From a virus (lineage: Duplodnaviria > Heunggongvirae > Uroviricota > Caudoviricetes), in IMG/VR virus record IMGVR_UViG_3300028888_001839, positions 57,001-121,000 of that record: a stretch of DNA of 64,000 bases; one strand, given 5' to 3'. The number at the start of each line of letters is the position of its first letter. Positions within the stretch are counted from its first letter, which is position 1. The notes beneath the pieces are model-generated. The model ran no database searches and was not told the origin of the DNA. It saw only the letters and a program-made list of their open reading frames with translations. This document shows positions 56,880 to 64,000 of this stretch, piece after piece. The position numbers and the translations under genes are program-made.

Positions 56880-57191
56880 ATGAAAAAGCCGATTGCATTC
56901 ATGACCTTTGCGGAGTGGATAGCCGACCAAATCAAGGCTATGGCACCCCATGCGAAAACCATCCGACCAACAGACGTATACTTCGCGGCGGGTGACGACG
57001 ATGTGAATGTGGAGTTCAGCCGCAAGATAGCGGACTACCGCAACCATCACTTCACCGCTAAATCTCTTGCGGAGTTCTATGGGGCTTTCTATTGCACCTT
57101 CAACTCCGAATATGGGATTACCCTTGTCTTTGATTCATACGACAAGGTCGTGGACAAGGGCGGATTCTGGAAGCCAAGGAAGAGAGGATGA
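56880..57191 (+). CDS. Hypothetical protein
   Basis: AAGGAC upstream; MKKPIAF. Confidence 0.65.
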   Translation: MKKPIAFMTFAEWIADQIKAMAPHAKTIRPTDVYFAAGDDDVNVEFSRKIADYRNHHFTAKSLAEFYGAFYCTFNSEYGITLVFDSYDKVVDKGGFWKPRKRG

Positions 57192-57195
57192 AAAC

Positions 57196-57420
57196 ATGCC
57201 TTGCATTCTAAAGACAGTCGGGGATTTGAAGAAAGCATTAGAGCGGCTAGACGATTCGCTTTTGCTTTCAATGTCCGTTACGGGGAAGGACGAAGAAAGT
57301 GAAGATGAAGTCTATATTGTGCCAGATGGAGAGGGAGTTGCTTTGAGTCTTGATGTATCTCCATCTTCTGTTAAGATCTTTAATGTTGATGCGGAAGAAA
57401 TGGTATATAGCGATTACTGA
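57196..57420 (+). CDS. Small acidic protein
   Basis: TVGDLKKALE.LDD motif. Confidence 0.6.
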   Translation: MPCILKTVGDLKKALERLDDSLLLSMSVTGKDEESEDEVYIVPDGEGVALSLDVSPSSVKIFNVDAEEMVYSDY

Positions 57421-57429
57421 GGAACAACC

Positions 57430-57783
57430 ATGCCGACCAACCCCTTCATCATGCGATTCCGTAACGGAGCCACATACAAACTCCGCTCATCCTCGGACTT
57501 CCCTCGACTTCTCGGCGGCACCATGACAGTCCGCTCAGAAATCAAGCCCACCGACCAATGGGGCAACCGCATCATTCTAGCGGACTTCATGCTTCACTAT
57601 CCAGACGGGAGAATCGGCACGAAACTTGCCGCACGATGCTTTGTGGAAGAGGGCTATGCCACCTTCAAGGATGCCTACGGAGAGAGGCAGATACCCGTGG
57701 AGATTGCCGCCCTCCAAGGAATCTACCCAAACTTCGCCAAGGCCTATGCCATGGATGAGATAGCCGCCGAAAAGGTTGCCTAG
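57430..57783 (+). CDS. Hypothetical protein
   Basis: Ends EKVA. Confidence 0.7.
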   Translation: MPTNPFIMRFRNGATYKLRSSSDFPRLLGGTMTVRSEIKPTDQWGNRIILADFMLHYPDGRIGTKLAARCFVEEGYATFKDAYGERQIPVEIAALQGIYPNFAKAYAMDEIAAEKVA

Positions 57784-57788
57784 GGGCG

Positions 57789-58331
57789 ATGCACAGAAGG
57801 AAGCCGCATAGAAGGAAGGGAAATCCCCAATCCCAAAGGCTTGTGCGGAAGTTCAACCGCAAGTCTGGGGAGGGGATGAGCATTGACACCCTCTTTCTCC
57901 AAGGACGGATAGACGATGCCACCTATACCCGATACCTTCGGGAGTTTGAGGAGCAGCAGCGGCACGGCACGGGACATAAGGCTATCGCCCGAATCGTAGA
58001 CGGAATAACCTACTACGAAATGACGGACAAGCGGGACTATTTCTATGAAGGCATGAGCTTCGACGACTGGTGCCTATATCATCCCTTCGAGGACGTGTGC
58101 GATGCCGCAGCCGAACACCTGCCCGTTCCCGATTACTGCACCTTTGTCATAAGGGAGGTGGAGAAGTGCAAGGGGATGAGGTGGATACCCTACAACGGCT
58201 GGGATACGGCGGACGGAGAGAGGTGGATGCCCTCTGGCTCAATGACGATGCCGCCCCCCGAATCCCCCTTTGACGAATCTCTTGACGATTACCTAAAGAG
58301 GGTAGAGGAACACCCCCAATCGGCCCTCTGA
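57789..58331 (+). CDS. Hypothetical protein
   Basis: 180-aa ORF. Confidence 0.65.
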   Translation: MHRRKPHRRKGNPQSQRLVRKFNRKSGEGMSIDTLFLQGRIDDATYTRYLREFEEQQRHGTGHKAIARIVDGITYYEMTDKRDYFYEGMSFDDWCLYHPFEDVCDAAAEHLPVPDYCTFVIREVEKCKGMRWIPYNGWDTADGERWMPSGSMTMPPPESPFDESLDDYLKRVEEHPQSAL

Positions 58332-58362
58332 AAAAAAAGTTAAAAAAGATTGCATTACCCTC

Positions 58363-58391
58363 TTGCAAGCCGACTGAAGGTTTGCTATACT
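58363..58391 (+). promoter_or_regulatory. Cassette promoter
   Basis: TTGCAA-17-TATACT. Confidence 0.85.
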
Positions 58392-58461
58392 ATGCGGCGT
58401 TTGAGGGACACAAGGCGTGTTCCGAACACAACAAGGACAAAGATAGACAAGGACAAAAACA

Positions 58462-58740
58462 ATGAACCGCAATATCAACATCAAGGTTGGCGATTACGTC
58501 TTCAACAAGGACGATGTGGCGAAGGGGCTTACCACTATCCTCTTCCGCGTGGACAAGGTGCATGAACGGACTTTGAAGAGGTATAACGAAACCACCAAGG
58601 AGTATGAACCCTATGCCCAAGAGACACTTGTTGATGCCTACTGCCTTGCCACTAGCCACGGCTATAGCATCGGCATTCGCCACGACAAGGACGAATGGGG
58701 TATCATTCCCGCTGAAACCATGAAAGTGCTTTGCGCATAA
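58462..58740 (+). CDS. Hypothetical early protein
   Basis: After AAGGAC leader; ends VLCA. Confidence 0.7.
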   Translation: MNRNINIKVGDYVFNKDDVAKGLTTILFRVDKVHERTLKRYNETTKEYEPYAQETLVDAYCLATSHGYSIGIRHDKDEWGIIPAETMKVLCA

Positions 58741-58760
58741 ACAAGAGAGAGGACACCGCA

Positions 58761-58943
58761 ATGACTATCCGCGAAATGCAGTTTGCTATCCAAGCCGCCA
58801 TTGACGATGATGCCAACGGAATCACGGACGATGCTACCCTTGTAGCCCGCCCTACGGAGAACGGAACGATTGAGTTCTATGCCGTCACCCCTCCGCCCGA
58901 AATCCCCAACGGCAAGCCCCAGACATGGCTAAAGCTCGGCTAA
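58761..58943 (+). CDS. Small hypothetical protein
   Basis: GAGGA SD. Confidence 0.6.
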   Translation: MTIREMQFAIQAAIDDDANGITDDATLVARPTENGTIEFYAVTPPPEIPNGKPQTWLKLG

Positions 58944-58965
58944 CCCCCCAATGGAGAACACCCCG

Positions 58966-59127
58966 ATGACAACCTATTCTATCACACTCAAAGGCGATGC
59001 CCGTCTCACCCCGAAAACCGTCATGGTTGAGGCGGACACCGCTCTAGCGGCTCAAATCAAGGCAAAGGCGAACAACCCCGCATATACGGAGGTGCTTGCC
59101 TGCACCATCGTAAGAGCCAACTACTAG
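58966..59127 (+). CDS. Small hypothetical protein
   Basis: GGAG SD; MTTYSITL. Confidence 0.55.
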   Translation: MTTYSITLKGDARLTPKTVMVEADTALAAQIKAKANNPAYTEVLACTIVRANY

Positions 59128-59149
59128 GCATTCTGTCCTAAGTCAAAAG

Positions 59150-59191
59150 TCCGCCGCTTCCCTCTGGCACTACGGAGGGAGGCGGCTTTTT
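59150..59191 (+). terminator. Intrinsic terminator
   Basis: gccgcttccctc/gagggaggcggc stem followed by T-run. Confidence 0.75.
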
Positions 59192-59200
59192 CCCCCCCCC

Positions 59201-59229
59201 TTCCAATCCGCACGGACATTTGCTATACT
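59201..59229 (+). promoter_or_regulatory. Promoter for probable leaderless mRNA
   Basis: TTCCAA-17-TATACT; ATG at 59237, no SD. Confidence 0.65.
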
Positions 59230-59236
59230 CTCTCCC

Positions 59237-60019
59237 ATGAAACACTATGCCTATATCACCCTCTCGGCGGCTGCGGGCATTATCATCCTAGCCCTGTCCG
59301 CCTGTTCTGGCAACGACGCCAAGCCTCCGATGCGCACGGAAATCAAGTCCTATGCCCCACCCCTGATAGAGCAGTTGTTCGGTCCTTCCACCGAATCCGT
59401 CCTTCTTGCCATACGGAGGTTTGCGGGTGAGGACGATTCCCCGAGGTGGCCGCAGGCAACCAACATAGAGCATATCGCACGCCCCTCCTCCTTCACGAAG
59501 TCCGTAAGTCCCCCGATGCCCCCCGAAGAGTGGAAGAGCATCTTCTGGGCTGTGGAAGGGGATTGGATGCCACCCATAGAGCGTCCCGCCGAATCCAACC
59601 TCTGTCCCCGATGCCGATACCGCATAGCCAAGCCTCACGGAATCCTATACCTCTACCGATGGCTTGCCGTGGAGAAGTCCAAAGGAGCGGAATGTCCCAT
59701 TGACGGGCTTATCATGGGCTTCAAGCCCCTTCGGTTCGCCAAGTGCAAGGTGCAGACCCGCACTATCACCCTCACGAGCAAGTCCGACCCTTCTAGGCAG
59801 ACGAAGTACCCCAAGTTCACGGTGGAGTGTCTAGCCCTATGCCGTACATGGGCGGAACTGGAATCAAGCCCCCTCTGGAAGGAGGAGCAGGATAGAAGGG
59901 CGAAGTTCGAGAGGTGGCTTGAGGAGGAGCGGCAGAAGGAGGCGGAAACTCATCCCGCCGACAAGCCGCAGCCGCAAGCCCCCGTCAAGCCAGCCCTCTC
60001 CCCTTCCGCCTGCCGCTGA
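59237..60019 (+). CDS. Lipoprotein
   Basis: Signal II with lipobox LSAC. Confidence 0.7.
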   Translation: MKHYAYITLSAAAGIIILALSACSGNDAKPPMRTEIKSYAPPLIEQLFGPSTESVLLAIRRFAGEDDSPRWPQATNIEHIARPSSFTKSVSPPMPPEEWKSIFWAVEGDWMPPIERPAESNLCPRCRYRIAKPHGILYLYRWLAVEKSKGAECPIDGLIMGFKPLRFAKCKVQTRTITLTSKSDPSRQTKYPKFTVECLALCRTWAELESSPLWKEEQDRRAKFERWLEEERQKEAETHPADKPQPQAPVKPALSPSACR

Positions 60020-60070
60020 CCCCCTCCGACCCACCGCAGAAAAATCTTCAACTTTTTTGCGATTCCCCCC

Positions 60071-60099
60071 TTGCAAGCCGAAGGGGGATGTGATATACT
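60071..60099 (+). promoter_or_regulatory. Cassette promoter
   Basis: TTGCAA-17-TATACT. Confidence 0.85.
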
Positions 60100-60141
60100 A
60101 TCGGGCGTCAAGGACAAACAAGGACAACAAAGGACACGACA

Positions 60142-60306
60142 ATGGAAACAGAAAGCATGGCACAGCGCCGCAAGTACAAGCAGTGGCTACGGCAGAAGCG
60201 GAAGGAGACCGCAATAGAGATTGTCTCTGCGATTCTCTTTCTCCCCATCGCCTATCTCCTTATCAAACTGTGGTTCGCCTATGAAGGCTTCGAAATCCAG
60301 TGGTAA
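60142..60306 (+). CDS. Small membrane protein
   Basis: Basic N-terminus plus one TM helix. Confidence 0.6.
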   Translation: METESMAQRRKYKQWLRQKRKETAIEIVSAILFLPIAYLLIKLWFAYEGFEIQW

Positions 60307-60354
60307 GGCTCCCACCCCGAACATCAACCAATAAAGCACACAAGGACAAAGACA

Positions 60355-60606
60355 ATGAAATTCCGCTTTATAGCAATCGTATCAATCGCCGCCGCTCTTG
60401 CGGCTTTCGGCAAGCCCGCATCTACCCGTTGGGAAACCAAGCCGCAGACCCACAAGCACGGAGTGGCTTACCGTTGCCCCTTCTGCGGACAGACATGGGG
60501 GAATACCCCGCCTAACCTAAAGGCTTGGGAGGCTCGCCACATCAATGTGGAAAGGCGCAAGTTCATCAACCTTCACATGAAGGTTCGCCACGGAAAGACA
60601 ATCTAA
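60355..60606 (+). CDS. Secreted protein with CxxC...H motif
   Basis: MKFRFIAIVSIAAALAAFG; YRCPFCG. Confidence 0.6.
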   Translation: MKFRFIAIVSIAAALAAFGKPASTRWETKPQTHKHGVAYRCPFCGQTWGNTPPNLKAWEARHINVERRKFINLHMKVRHGKTI

Positions 60607-60625
60607 CGGGAAAGGACACATACCG

Positions 60626-60976
60626 ATGAACAAGGCAGAAAGAATCTCCAAGGCTCTCAAATTCCTAGAGCGGAACGGCTATGTGCTTCATGCCACCTCT
60701 CCAAAGAGGGGAATTGACCTAATCGTGTTCAAGGACAACGACCCCAACACGGCTATCTTTGTGGCAGTGATGCCGCTCAAGTCAAAGGCTTTCCCGATGC
60801 AACCATTCAAGGGCAAGCAAGGGGAACTCCGCTACAACTCTCTTATGGCGGGTGCAAGCAAGTGGATTGGGGAGGTGGAGTGGAAGGGGAACATTCGCTT
60901 TGATTCCGTCATCGTGCACGACACGAACGGGCTTATTGACCACATTGAGAATGCGGGCAGAAAGGAACTCCGATAA
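60626..60976 (+). CDS. YraN (UPF0102)-like protein, catalytic motif degenerate
   Basis: FLERNGY...GIDLIV...IFVAVM...IRFD.V...HIENA. Confidence 0.6.
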   Translation: MNKAERISKALKFLERNGYVLHATSPKRGIDLIVFKDNDPNTAIFVAVMPLKSKAFPMQPFKGKQGELRYNSLMAGASKWIGEVEWKGNIRFDSVIVHDTNGLIDHIENAGRKELR

Positions 60977-61142
60977 TGGAAATCATCGTAAAGGCATGGA
61001 CGCCAGAAGGATACCCTTATAGCGAATTTCTCACCTACAATTTGGACGATGCACTAGCCCACTTTGCGGCGGAGGTTCGCCTAGGTCATAGAGCAAGTAT
61101 TGAAGCTAAACCGATTAACTCCTAATAGGAAAGGATTACTCA

Positions 61143-61733
61143 ATGGAAAAGAAAGACGCTATCCGCCGCTGGCAGAACCTCCAACCCGACCAAGAGATTC
61201 TACCCCACTTCACCCCTATCGCCGCCGATGCCCGTGGCTCCACCTTCGGGGCTTGCGGTATCCGCATTTCGGGCAACCCAGAATTCATTGATGCCGTACT
61301 CTCCCGTCTCAAAGACCTTCTTGCGGCGGAGGCTGGCTCTACCCGTCTCAACCTCTCCCGTCAGCCCGTCAAGCCCGTCACCATCAATAGCGGCGATTCC
61401 GTGGTTGACAAGAAGTGGAACAATGCCGATACCGATGCGGAGACTTGCTATATCCAAATCCGCGAACGGACGGCTAGGACACGGCAACGGAAGGTGCGGG
61501 AACACTCCAACCCTCTCCCAGGAATTTATGAACTCCCCCTAGACGGCGAAAATCCGCCCCCCAAGGCTTCCGAGGCTTCAGCCCATAGCACCACACCCTC
61601 TAGCCCTTCCAAGCCCTCTAAGGGCAAGCAAGAGCCTCACATTCATGCGAACATAGGATGCACCGCTAGTGGGGAAGTCCTCTGGGACGATGAAGAGACG
61701 GACAATGCCGTGGAAGAGGGGAAGAAGTGGTAA
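61143..61733 (+). CDS. Hypothetical protein
   Basis: AAGGA SD; 196 aa. Confidence 0.7.
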   Translation: MEKKDAIRRWQNLQPDQEILPHFTPIAADARGSTFGACGIRISGNPEFIDAVLSRLKDLLAAEAGSTRLNLSRQPVKPVTINSGDSVVDKKWNNADTDAETCYIQIRERTARTRQRKVREHSNPLPGIYELPLDGENPPPKASEASAHSTTPSSPSKPSKGKQEPHIHANIGCTASGEVLWDDEETDNAVEEGKKW

Positions 61734-61756
61734 TCGGCTAGGAGAGAACCAACACT

Positions 61757-62557
61757 ATGCTACTCCAAATAACCAACTGCTGCCGCATGGCTTGCCCCCA
61801 TTGCCTTGACGATGCCAACCCCTATGCCCCCCACATGACGGAGGACACTTGCCGTAGGGCAGTCGCATTTGCCAAGGACAGTGGGGATCGCCTGCTCATC
61901 GTCAGCGGAGGAGAACCAACGGAACATCCCCGGTTCTTCGACATGTGCCGCATCGTCTCCCAATCGGGGCTTTGCTTCTCTATCTGCTCCAACGGGATGT
62001 GGCTGGGCGACCCAAAGAAGGAGTGGACTATGGAGAAGGTCTGCAAACTAGATGGCTTCTGCGGCGGACAAATCTACTCCAACCCCAAGTGGTATCGGCT
62101 TCACAACCAGACGGTAGCCAAGTGGAATGCCCAAGCCCCCAAGTGGGAAATGCTGCATCTGCACCTAGACACTACGGATATTCGCGGGATGCAAGACATA
62201 GGTCGCGCCAAGTCCTGTCCCGAAGCGATAAAGGAGGCGGAGGCTTCCCCATACCACAACTCATGTCTAGCCTCTTGCGTCTCCCTTGTGCAGTCCGAAA
62301 CCCCGCAAGACTTCTTCCGCATGATGTTCCTGCAGATGAGGTTCTGCACTCCTATGGTGGACTTCAAGGGTGATGTCCATATGTCGGAATCGTGGCTATG
62401 CCCTTCTTGCGGGAACGTGAACACGGATGCCAAAGACATGCTTTGGCTCAAGATGAGGAAGTTCCGTCCGTGCGGAGGCTGCATAGGGTGCAAGCGATAC
62501 CTCACGGAAGACACCCCGAAGATGGCTGCGGCTAGGAGGCTCCTGGGGCAAGCGTAA
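61757..62557 (+). CDS. Radical SAM protein
   Basis: CRMACPHC (CX3CX2C), SGGEPT, SNG; extra C-terminal Cys (PCGGCIGC). Confidence 0.85.
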   Translation: MLLQITNCCRMACPHCLDDANPYAPHMTEDTCRRAVAFAKDSGDRLLIVSGGEPTEHPRFFDMCRIVSQSGLCFSICSNGMWLGDPKKEWTMEKVCKLDGFCGGQIYSNPKWYRLHNQTVAKWNAQAPKWEMLHLHLDTTDIRGMQDIGRAKSCPEAIKEAEASPYHNSCLASCVSLVQSETPQDFFRMMFLQMRFCTPMVDFKGDVHMSESWLCPSCGNVNTDAKDMLWLKMRKFRPCGGCIGCKRYLTEDTPKMAAARRLLGQA

Positions 62558-62574
62558 GGAGAATACTATAAGAC

Positions 62575-62766
62575 ATGGCTACAATAGAAGTTGAGAGAGA
62601 AGGCAAATGGGTTAAGGTCGTTCCAAAGGATTTGACTGCTGATGAACTTTGCGATGCCTTGATGCGGATTCAGATAGATTCTGAAGAGTTTCTTTCTCCA
62701 CAAGAGATAGCAGAAGGATATGCCGCAATCAATGAGGCTGCGAGGCGACTACAAGCAACTAAGTGA
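62575..62766 (+). CDS. Small hypothetical protein
   Basis: AAGGAG SD. Confidence 0.6.
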   Translation: MATIEVEREGKWVKVVPKDLTADELCDALMRIQIDSEEFLSPQEIAEGYAAINEAARRLQATK

Positions 62767-62776
62767 GGCAATCCCA

Positions 62777-63175
62777 ATGTTCGCAATCGTAAGCCCGCAA
62801 GAGGCGGCAAGGATGATTGACGGCTTCATGCTTGGAGCGGTCATGCAGCAAGACCCGTTCCTAGAGGAGTTTGGTTCCCTACCCGAAGAGCCGCCCGACG
62901 AAGACCCCTGCTGGGATGCCAAGCCCGAGGAAGAACCCCGCCTAGAGCAAGGCACCCTGTTCGACTTGCCCTCTCCCGAACCCCCGAAGCCAAGGGCAGC
63001 TCATCCCGTCCGTTCCCAAAAGCCGACGAAGCCAGTGACAGCGCCCGTCAGGCAGGACGAACTCCCTCCACCCTATGTCCCACGGCACATTACCTACGAT
63101 GAGTACCTGAAGGTGTTCAACGGAGACCATGCCCTTACCTTCTACTGGTTCAACAAGCAAGCCATCAAGCCGTGA
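62777..63175 (+). CDS. Pro-rich hypothetical protein
   Basis: GAGG SD. Confidence 0.6.
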   Translation: MFAIVSPQEAARMIDGFMLGAVMQQDPFLEEFGSLPEEPPDEDPCWDAKPEEEPRLEQGTLFDLPSPEPPKPRAAHPVRSQKPTKPVTAPVRQDELPPPYVPRHITYDEYLKVFNGDHALTFYWFNKQAIKP

Positions 63176-63208
63176 CGAATCTTTTTGTAAAAAAGTTTGA
63201 TTACCCTC

Positions 63209-63237
63209 TTGCAACCCGTCCGCCGTTGTGGTATACT
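63209..63237 (+). promoter_or_regulatory. Cassette promoter
   Basis: TTGCAA-17-TATACT. Confidence 0.85.
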
Positions 63238-63290
63238 ACTCGGCGTCAAGGGCAATCAAGCCCATCAACAACAAGGACAAGGACAAAACG

Positions 63291-63611
63291 ATGAAGAAGA
63301 AGATTAAAGTACCGACAGTAAAGCCGATGATCCGCAAGGGCTGGGTTATTCGCGTGGTAGACCGCATGGGCATGGTTCACTTCCCCATGTTCAACGGATG
63401 CAACATTGACGTGGTTGACGTCGAACGTCAGGACGATTACTATAACGATGTAATCCCGCACCTCCGCATCTTCGGGACGAAGGACATTGCCAAGTCCTAT
63501 GTGGATGGCGTCCGCAAGTCGGCTCTTGCTAAAGCGGCCACGACCTACCTCACCCGTCCGATTCTGCCCATCAAGGTGGATGTAGTCCGCTACTTCCGTA
63601 AGATTGGCTAA
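63291..63611 (+). CDS. Hypothetical early protein
   Basis: After AAGGACAAGGAC leader. Confidence 0.7.
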   Translation: MKKKIKVPTVKPMIRKGWVIRVVDRMGMVHFPMFNGCNIDVVDVERQDDYYNDVIPHLRIFGTKDIAKSYVDGVRKSALAKAATTYLTRPILPIKVDVVRYFRKIG

Positions 63612-63624
63612 TCACAAAGAAAGG

Positions 63625-63816
63625 ATGCCACCTATGCCACCTGCCATTTTCATTGAGATTGCGAAGCTCCGCAGAAAGCTAGCCGAACGGCTCGCTTCCA
63701 CCAAGCAGGAAATGAACCGAAAGGGAATCAAGCAAGACGAACTGATGTTCCTCAAGGGCTACGAAAGGTGCCTTGACAATATCCTTTTCTGGCTTCCGCC
63801 CGACCCTACCAAGTAA
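63625..63816 (+). CDS. Hypothetical protein
   Basis: Coupled ORF. Confidence 0.55.
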   Translation: MPPMPPAIFIEIAKLRRKLAERLASTKQEMNRKGIKQDELMFLKGYERCLDNILFWLPPDPTK

Positions 63817-63827
63817 GGAGTACATAC

Positions 63828-64000
63828 ATGAAAGATCCTCTCTACCTTGTTATCTTCTACGGAATCCCCGACTGGAAGGGTGAGAACATGGCCTCCCCTT
63901 GTACCCGCCGATACCTCTTCTCCACACAAGGGAAAGCTTCTGATTTTGTTCGCCGTAGAACAAACACAAAAGACTGGTTCACCCATTCCGCCTATCCCAA
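63828..64000 (+). CDS. Hypothetical protein (3'-partial)
   Basis: AAGGAG SD; frame open to window end. Confidence 0.55.
   Translation, partial: MKDPLYLVIFYGIPDWKGENMASPCTRRYLFSTQGKASDFVRRRTNTKDWFTHSAYP

Noticed and set aside
35150-63300. Repeated elements as a CRISPR array or integron attC sites
   Set aside because: Repeats are degenerate promoters separated by whole genes at irregular distances; no cas or integrase gene and no attC R/L boxes seen
1-64000. Genome-wide TAG->Gln recoding (code 15)
   Set aside because: The longest genes have no internal TAG, and TAG ends many genes cleanly (e.g. after KAA/KVA at 55544, 57783, 19076); only two internal ambers were found

Overview
Segment of a large dsDNA bacteriophage genome. 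Every credible gene is on the + strand. 1-8.8 kb: a 5'-truncated giant BspA-type LRR/PKD protein and a signal-peptide-bearing tail-fibre-like protein. 8.8-26.6 kb: tightly coupled small hypothetical genes. 26.6-27.3 kb: a G-poor, AT-rich non-coding gap where + strand composition flips from C-rich to G-rich without any change of coding strand (origin- or genome-end-like). 27.4-35.1 kb: Lar-like, lipoprotein, ParB-like, PAPS-reductase-like, terminase-small-like and beta-helix genes. 35.2-64 kb: an array of stereotyped expression cassettes, each made of an A/T tract, TTGCAA-17-TGnTA(T/C)A(C/A)T promoter, 5' hairpin, U-poor multi-AAGGAC leader, small genes and often a terminator. Many of the encoded proteins end in Ala (-KVA/-AA, degron-like). 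Embedded in this array are a Whirly-like protein, an LPD29-like protein, an iteron-like region, an HNH gene with a C4-like antisense RNA and an in-frame amber codon, a CsrB/RsmZ-like GGA tandem array, an intact IscB-omegaRNA element inserted between an RBS and its ATG, a GH24 lysozyme, a degenerate YraN-like protein and a radical SAM enzyme. Family calls come from motif recognition by eye, not database searches.
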